From contig NC_068981.1 of NCBI RefSeq assembly GCF_001194135.2, positions 195,754,955 to 195,799,610 of the forward strand: a DNA stretch of 44,656 bases, given 5' to 3'. Source of the DNA: Octopus bimaculoides. Its lineage: Eukaryota. The translations under genes were made by a program, and so were the position numbers. The notes beneath the pieces are model-generated. The model worked only from the letters and a program-made list of their open reading frames with translations, did not search any database and was not told the DNA's origin. Each line of letters begins with the position of its first letter. Within the stretch, counting starts at the first letter, position 1. Shown piece after piece: positions 36,663 through 44,656 of this stretch.

Positions 36663-37265
36663 AGCATTTTATGGTTTATGTAAGCAAATTACTCTTCATT
36701 CTTCATCTCTTTACCGTTTATACACTGTGAATAATGTACCAACCTATCATTTGATGAATATGTTCGGAATTACAGTTTGTACCATTCACGAGATATATAT
36801 ATAAGCTATATGGATTATTATACTGTTCAACGGTCATTCAATTAACCAGATTTATCGCATGGAGCCCCTAAGAGGCAGTCGCCCGGGTTTCTTCAGCCCT
36901 TATTTTCCTTCAATAATAGCTGTGAGTAGACATAGGCGACCTCAAGGCCAAGTAGTTTAAGGGCATTAAATAACAACTAGTTTGGAACGAAACTCTAGGC
37001 TCACAATTTACTTGTATATCTTTGCAGCTTATTGTGTTTATACACGCACACACACGTACATACACATTAACAAATCTACATACATATATGCGAACATGTA
37101 TATTTAAGCATTTATACATAAACGCATATATTCAATCATATATATATAAATGCATACGCAGTTGAATATACACACACATGACTGTATATCTATATACATA
37201 TGTATGTATACGTAACGATTACACGCATACACACACATATATATATACATATATATGTTTATATA

Positions 37266-37309
<44 letters not shown>

Positions 37310-37552
37310 TATATACTCANNNNNNNNNNNNNNNNNNNNNNNNNNNNNNNNNNNNNNNNNNNNNNNNNNNNNNNNNNNNNNNNNNNNNNNNNNNNNNNNN
37401 NNNNNNNNNNNNNNNNNNNNNNNNNNNNNNNNNNNNNNNNNNNNNNNNNNNNNNNNNNNNNNNNNNNNNNNNNNNNNNNNNNNNNNNNNNNNNNNNNNNN
37501 NNNNNNNNNNNNNNNNNNNNNNNNNNNNNNNNNNNNNNNNNNNNNNNNNNNN

Positions 37553-37583
<31 letters not shown>

Positions 37584-38298
37584 CCGTACGAGTATGCACA
37601 TCAAGTGACAGGTTGTTGTATCTGTTATCAAAAAGTTTTCTGTAATGATGTGAAGACTGTGAGAAAGAAGGCAAAAATGGATTAAAGGCTGGGAATGGTA
37701 AATCGGTGCTAAACACACGTAATGCCTGTAATTCGTTTAGTTCCAGGCTGGATTACCCGTTCATTCTCATATGACGTATTTCGATAAGCTTCTCACTGCG
37801 TAAAACATCTTATTTTTATATTTTTTTTCATCTTTTTTTACCACGGATTAGGGGAAAAAAAAACCAGTTTCTGCTGTGTAGCTCTTCCTCCCGCTAACTC
37901 CGTCCCCCTCTCTCTTTCTCTCTCTCTCCGCCTCTTACCATCTCTTCCGCTCTTTCTCACTTTCGCTTCTTGCCTTCCCTACCCGCTTTCTCTCTCTTAT
38001 CTCATTCTCTCTCTCTTATCTCATTCTCTCTCTCTCTCTTTCTCTCTCTCCGGATGCTCGTCTTTCCTTGTGTGTCTCTCTGCCTCTTTACCTCTGTTAA
38101 GTAAAGTTGTCTCTCTTGTATCCTTGTCTCTCTATATGTCCATCTCTCTCTCTCTCTTTCTCTCTCCCGTTATCCCTCCCACCCTCTCTTTTCTCCCTCT
38201 TCCTCTTTCTATCTCCAGAAAAAATATTCCTGTTATTGATCCTTCGTCATTTGTCTTTATGCTATCTGTCAAATGCCCATGTCTATCTCACTATTGTA

Positions 38299-38333
<35 letters not shown>

Positions 38334-38900
38334 TGTATGTATATATATATATATACACACTTACATAAACATATATGTAAGTGTATGTATATATGTATAT
38401 ATATATCTATCTATCTATATATGTGTATGTGTGTGTTTGTGTGTACGTATGCATGTATGTATATATGTATGTAGGTGTGAATGTGTGTTTGTATATATAT
38501 ATATATATATATATNNNNNNNNNNNNNNNNNNNNNNNNNNNNNNNNNNNNNNNNNNNNNNNNNNNNNNNNNNNNNNNNNNNNNNNNNNNNNNNNNNNNNN
38601 NNNNNNNNNNNNNNNNNNNNNNNNNNNNNNNNNNNNNNNNNNNNNNNNNNNNNNNNNNNNNNNNNNNNNNNNNNNNNNNNNNNNNNNNNNNNNNNNNNNN
38701 NNNNNNNNNNNNNNNNNNNNNNNNNNNNNNNNNNNNNNNNNNNNNNNNNNNNNNNNNNNNNNNNNNNNNNNNNNNNNNNNNNNNNNNNNNNNNNNNNNNN
38801 NNNNNNNNNNNNNNNNNNNNNNNNNNNNNNNNNNNNNNNNNNNNNNNNNNNNNNNNNNNNNNNNAATATATATATATAATATAAATAATATATGTATATG

Positions 38901-39240
38901 CGTCGAGGGTTCCATTCGATCCGATCAACGGAACAGCCTGCTCGTGAAATTAATGTGCAAGTGGCTGAGCACTCCACAGACACGTGTACCCTTAACGTAG
39001 TTCTCGGGGAGATTCAGCGTGATACAGTGTGACAAGGCTGACCCTTTGAATTACAGGCACAACAGAAAACAGGAAGTAAGAGTGAGAGAAAGTTGTGGTG
39101 AAAGAGTACAGCAGGGTTCGCCACCATCCCCTGCCGGAGCCTCGTGGAGCTTTAGGTGTTTTCGCTCAATAAACACTCACAACGCCCGGTCTGGGAATCG
39201 AAACCGCGATCCTATGACCGATGGGCCATTGCGCCTCCAC
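38901..39240 (-). mobile_element. SINE family D variant with a different central segment
   Basis: Head GTGGAGGCGCAATGGCCC(deletion)...GGTTTCGATTCCCAGACC, unique middle, 3' body shared with 11844-12121. Confidence 0.8.
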
Positions 39241-39285
39241 TATATATGCATATATACATACGTATATGTACATACATCTACACGA

Positions 39286-39320
<35 letters not shown>

Positions 39321-39536
39321 CATATGTGGGTACAGGACGTCACGAAGTGTGTACAACAAAAAGAGTACGAAGTACGAGTACACGGAATATGAACTAATTT
39401 TTCGAACAACGAAAGAAACAAATGGAAAACAAATCAAACAACATAAAAAAATTGCCCCCCATCAGTCGCAGCTTTGATGTTACTCTCAAATGATATTCGC
39501 TTGAAAATAATAAATTTGCACAAAATTGTAGAGTAA

Positions 39537-40222
39537 CCTATATTAATAAATGGCAAGTTTGTGTGTTTGTGAATTTGTTACTTTAACTCCCCCTGAAACT
39601 ATCCAACAGACCTTGATGAAACTTGGCACGTGTGGGGGGGCTTATGCCCATGTGGTCACTTACGCGCTTGGAATTTTTTAAAAATCGATTTTTAATCAGC
39701 ATCGATTTTTCAAAAATCGTAAAATTTCGGCATTTTTCGCTCTCGCCATCGTGACATTAATTTGAAAAAAAAAAAAAAAAATGCCAAAATTTGACGAAAA
39801 ATGTCTCATGGGTATAAACAGACAGCTTATTAACGGTAATCTATTTAACAATTGCTACTTCTTCATTTCAATGCGAATTGTCTTGATTTGCTAAAACTTA
39901 TTATTTCAATTTGCTGTTTTAATTCCACAGCATTTCAGGTTTTGATTAGGTAAGACTATTTTATTTTTCAAGCAAAATTTAGGCACTTTGCATACTAGCC
40001 GTCGTGACAACAATTTGACGAAATCTGCCCTCAAGCGTAAAATTTCGCCATTTTACGCACACGCACAAAAAATGACAACGACACGGGTTTTTCGTCAAAT
40101 TGGCCCTACCCATTAATATAGATTTTAAATTTTTGAAAAATGTCGAAATTTGACGAAAAATGTTTCATGGCTATAAACAGACATCTTATTAACGGTAATT
40201 TACTACCGGGTACCTCAGCTAG
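39537..40222 (+). mobile_element. Non-autonomous Helitron
   Basis: Inserted between A (39536) and T (40223); 5' (T>C)CTATATTAATAAA; 3' hairpin CGGTA-ATTTAC-TACCG (40193-40208) 10 nt before CTAG (40219-40222); no TSD. Confidence 0.75.
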
Positions 40223-40287
40223 TATACATACATACATACATACATACATACATGTATGTATACATACACACACACACACACGTATAT

Positions 40288-40750
40288 GGACTCTATTCCT
40301 TAGAGCGTAGGTGAGAAAGATATGCCATAACATACATCTGGAAGATCCTGGAGGTACTTGTCCCAAACTTTGGCATCGCGAATTACACTAGTACTAGAAC
40401 AGGGCGCTACTGCATAGTGCCAAGGACTCCCAATTTGCCATAAAAAAAGTAGGACAAGATACTGCAACAGCCTGGGCTTTAGGGGACCACAGCTCTTCAA
40501 TATCCTCCCGAAGGACCTGAGAGATCTGCATGAGGTAGATGTAGGTGTTTTGAAAACGAAACTGGACCTCTTGCTGTCAAGTGTCTCAGATGAATCAACT
40601 TCCCGACAGGAAGCGCAAATGAGGGCAGCGGCATCAAACTCCTTCATGCACCAAATGTCAATTTCTAAAAAGAATTAGTGAAGTAAAATTATGTAGCAAC
40701 ACTAAATGGCGGTGCCCCAGCATGGCTTCAGCTCATGAATTGAAACTAGA
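40288..40750 (+). pseudogene. 3' end of a CR1-group LINE (ORF2 C-terminus plus 3' UTR)
   Basis: GLYSLERR*ERYAITYIWKILEVLVPNFG...GFRGPQLFNILPKDLRDL...KTKLDLLLSSVSDE...RAAASNS, followed by a short repeat tail (TCAAATCGAATCAAATC). Confidence 0.85.
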
Positions 40751-41073
40751 TCAAATCGAATCAAATCTATCATACATATATATACACATATACATGTACA
40801 TAATTTATGTCGGCCATAATATTTAACTGTGAACTTTAGCTGGTGCGAGAAATCAAAAGTAGATGTATGATTCTATCACAGGCTCCTTCAAATTGCTCAA
40901 TGCCACTACAACAGCCGTACCCGCAAAATGAAAAATTTGTCAAGAACATACGCGTTTGGTTGTTATTGTCAAACAACAAACACACACTTATATTTCCATT
41001 CTTCCCTAGCATCCATATACCTGATTGCTGTTCCTACACCTGTTTTCGTCTTTTGTTTTCTGTGAATTTGAAC

Positions 41074-41105
<32 letters not shown>

Positions 41106-41121
41106 GTTGAAATTTTACAGA

Positions 41122-41203
41122 AAACACACCAACATCGATTGTGGGGGACCAAACACAGACACACAAACATATATATATATTGGCAATATGACCATCCCCA
41201 AGT

Positions 41204-41253
<50 letters not shown>

Positions 41254-41363
41254 GATACACTTCTTTCAGTTTCCGTCTACCCAATCCACTCACAAGGCTT
41301 TGGTCGGCCCGAGGCTATAGTAGAAGACACTTGCCCAAAGTGCCACGCAGTGAGACTGAATCC
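41122..41363 (-). mobile_element. SINE family A, partial copy with expanded linker, head cut at the B-box
   Basis: ACACCAACATCG...GGGGGACCAAACACAGAC, (TA)n, CTTCTTTCAGTTTCCGTCTACCCAATCCACTCACAAGGCTTTGG...GACTGAATCC. Confidence 0.85.
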
Positions 41364-41612
41364 AAAGGAGTGCAGAGCATTACGTTTGGCACCAGATTGG
41401 TTGCAGGAGCTGCCGGAAGAGTGTCGAGTCGAACACTAACCCGCCTACGGGGCTCCGCTCCGGATTTCTTTAGAGATTGTCTCCTTTCCATAACCCTGGG
41501 TAGGAGCCCATACCGGGAGCTGTCCGTCGGAGCCAGCTGAGCCCGGAACTCGTGTCAGGCAGGGTCGTCACTCCCTGAAGTAGTGAAGAAAATCGCTACC
41601 CACTACCTATAA
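41364..41612 (-). mobile_element. GC-rich fragment resembling an RTE-clade LINE 5' UTR
   Basis: Abrupt GC/CpG-rich island; reverse complement contains CCCAGGGTTATGGAAAGG and GCAACCAATCTGGTGCCAAACGTAATGCTCTGCACTCC. Family assignment from memory, unverified. Confidence 0.4.
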
Positions 41613-41959
41613 TACTTGATGTATATAGATTAAAATTGCTTCTGTGTGTGTGAGAGTGTGTGTGAGTGTGTGTAGGAAGGTCTCCATGTTTATAAATGTT
41701 TATGTGCATTTGTGTAAGGTTTTATATGTGCGCCAGTGTATGTGTTGATGTGTACGTCAAGTAATACATTATACTTGATTAAGAATAACGGTTGTGTATA
41801 ACAAAGCTGGAGACAGTAATATTCGTAACCCTGTACAATCACACAACTAAGAGGTGATGCTGTTGTGTTCTACTTATTGATGATGCTCATGATGACAATG
41901 ATGATGATGATGATGGTAGTGGTGGTGGTGGTGATGGTGGTGGCGGTGGCGGCGGCGGC

Positions 41960-41996
<37 letters not shown>

Positions 41997-42017
41997 ATGG
42001 TAATGTTGATGATGATC

Positions 42018-42049
<32 letters not shown>

Positions 42050-42822
42050 GGTGGTGGCGATGATGATGGTGATCATCATGATGATGATGGTGATGATGGT
42101 GAGACTAGTTATCATCATCATCATCGTCATCATCATCAACACCATCGTTCTCATCTTCATTTGTGCATACGTATACTATATCACACGTACGTTGATTGTG
42201 TGTGTGTGTGTGTGTTTGTGTTTGTTTGTGTGTGTATGCATTCATATACACATACACATTTGTGCATGTATATATAGGGACACAGACGGAGCAGTATGTA
42301 GATATATGTACGTTTGTGTGCGTGTGTGTGAGTGTGTGTGAGTGTGTGTATGTATGCTTGTGCGTGTGTGTGTGTTTGTGTGTGTATTAAATACAGATTC
42401 ACACATATACATAAATATACACATACATACACATACAACACATACATACATACACGCATACATACACACATATAAACGCATATACATATACTATACATAC
42501 ACACATACATACATACATACACATGCATACATACACACACATACATACATTCATGCATACGTAAATACATACACATACATACATACGTACATACATACAC
42601 ACATACATACAAGCATAAGTAAATACATATATACACACACATACATTCATACATACACACATACATACATACATACATGCATGCGTATACACACATACAC
42701 ATATACATATATAGACATACACACACACATGCATACATAGTGAATATTTTATAACCGTGCGAGAGAGTGCGTGGGTGTGTTTCTGGAAGGTGTATTGATA
42801 GGTGTGTTCATGTATATACCGC

Positions 42823-42879
<57 letters not shown>

Positions 42880-43590
42880 TGATGTAGTTTGTCCGTATAT
42901 GTATATGAACGTGTTTATATGTATGTCTGTATGACTTTATGTGTGTGTTTCAAACACGTGGGAACACACACATTACCTCTTATCGTTCAACTGTTTAAAT
43001 AAACGAATGCAAGGTTGCTATTAGCCAGCCACACGTCTAACAACCAATGCAAGATGGCTATCTGCTGATGTTAGGGCGTAAACGGACCCATCGATTATGA
43101 AGTGATTAGCAAAGACCGGAGATGTACTGACCAGAACGTCCAGTTGTCCTAACTAATGTATCGAGTTTTATCCTGACTTGGACATCGCACTCCTGCCAGT
43201 ATTCTCAAGGCACTGCGTATAGTCCGAAAACCAAAGCATTAATTTGATAATATTGCGAGTGTAATAAAAAAAAAAAAGAAAGAAATCGGCCACGGAATCA
43301 CAAGACTGAAAAATACCAAAGTTAGACTAATAGGAATCAGTCAGTCCAGAGAGTAAGAATTACCAACCAAGCAAAAACAACAAACGAATAACAAACATAT
43401 AAATAAAAATAGGAAATGTAACAAAAACAAAACACCCCAGAGTATAGTATTGGTGGTTATTAAGGATTGAACCAAGTTTCAGACAAAGATAAGCTAATTC
43501 TTCTTATCATACGTCAAACAGGCATATGGCTTGTGTAAGCCATGTTGATGTTGCTAGCTGCCTCCTCTTGCACGTTATTGCTTTAATACT

Positions 43591-43603
43591 CCTCCTCTTC
43601 TTC

Positions 43604-43635
<32 letters not shown>

Positions 43636-43728
43636 CTTCTTCTTCTTCTTTTTCTTTTTCTTTTTCTTCTTCTTCTTCTTCTTCTTCTTCTTCTTCTTCT
43701 TCTTCTTCTTCTTCTTCTTCTTCTTCTT
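43591..43728. repeat. (CTT)n microsatellite
   Basis: Direct reading. Confidence 0.95.
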
Positions 43729-43849
43729 TGTTATTTTCACCTCCCCCCTTTTGTTTTAGTGTTTAGCAATAAGTGATAAGCAGGTGTTGGCGGCAACATT
43801 ACATTGCCTCAAGCTACTTTGCGTGTACGCTCGTTTGCGTGTGTGTGCA

Positions 43850-43913
<64 letters not shown>

Positions 43914-43953
43914 AAAACACACACAAACACACACATATATATATATTACAAAA

Positions 43954-43995
<42 letters not shown>

Positions 43996-44656
43996 ACATA
44001 TGCATACACATACGCAGAGCGAGACTGACAGACAGTCAGACAGACAAACAGACAGAGATGTGTAAGTGCTTGCATGTATGTATGTACACACGTATGTATG
44101 TATACACATATATACATATCGTGTGTGTGTGCAGGTGGTGTGTATACGTACAGGCTCACTCACCCACATATTCTTACACCTATAAATGAATGAACGAATA
44201 TGCGCGTAGCCATGTGTGTGTAAATGTGTATGATATTTGAGTCGACATATTACTGTACGTATATGTATATATCATGCACTCGTATGTGTATATACCAATG
44301 TGTAAAAGTCTGTATATGGGTATATATGTAGGTATATATGTATGCCCGCGCGCATTTAAGTTTCTGTTTCGTTTCTATACATGTAGATGTAATACAGCGT
44401 AAGCAACAATTTAGTACACACACAGCCGTATATACATACAAACATACATACATACGCACACACATGCACACACACACATGCACACACACACACATACACA
44501 CACACATATATATACATACATACCTATATAAATACGTATATATATATATATATATATACATATATTGAAGTACACATATATATATATATATATACATACA
44601 GATGTATATATACATATATATAAATACACTCGCATACTCATACATACACACACACA

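Larger units (their letters stand above)
1009..38864. other. 18 assembly gaps (about 7 kb of N in total) scattered through this span, mostly flanked by microsatellite
   Basis: Examples: 1009-1439, 8556-9141, 9895-10560, 17423-18045, 22734-23336, 31045-31803, 33357-34049, 38515-38864. Confidence 0.95.

Noticed and set aside
667-39000. Long track ORFs containing X runs or [12 protein letters not shown] peptides
   Set aside because: Translations through N gaps and dinucleotide or tetranucleotide repeats; no protein signal.
1-44656. CRISPR arrays, rRNA, prokaryotic operons
   Set aside because: No repeat-spacer structure or rRNA-like sequence; the window is eukaryotic repeat-rich DNA.

Overview
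Repeat-dominated eukaryotic non-coding DNA: AT-rich, dense in microsatellites, with 18 N-gaps totalling about 7 kb. The SINE types and the (TA)n/(CA)n/(TATG)n load suggest an octopus or other cephalopod short-read assembly (inference; not checked against any database). I cannot support an intact host gene. Nearly all ORFs in the track are translations of gaps or microsatellites. The real coding signal is decayed retroelement sequence: a Penelope-like (PLE) reverse transcriptase (12.3-12.8 kb), an R4/Dong-type restriction-like endonuclease (RLE) region (4.5-5.2 kb), an RTE-like 3' end with two C2H2 fingers (8.3-8.6 kb) and a CR1-group 3' end (40.3-40.75 kb). There are three tRNA-derived SINE families (my labels A, C, D), several MITEs and a non-autonomous Helitron. 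The most interesting signal is a set of type-I hammerhead-ribozyme-like motifs in four mutually unrelated repeats (15.2, 21.8, 24.9/25.4 and 34.5 kb). One lies in a TSD-flanked composite element: a tRNA-like Pol III head, an (AAT)n linker, a hammerhead-bearing tail and an inverted 5'-truncated copy of itself. This looks like a Penelope-mobilised, ribozyme-carrying SINE ('retrozyme-like'). All alignments and folds were done by eye.
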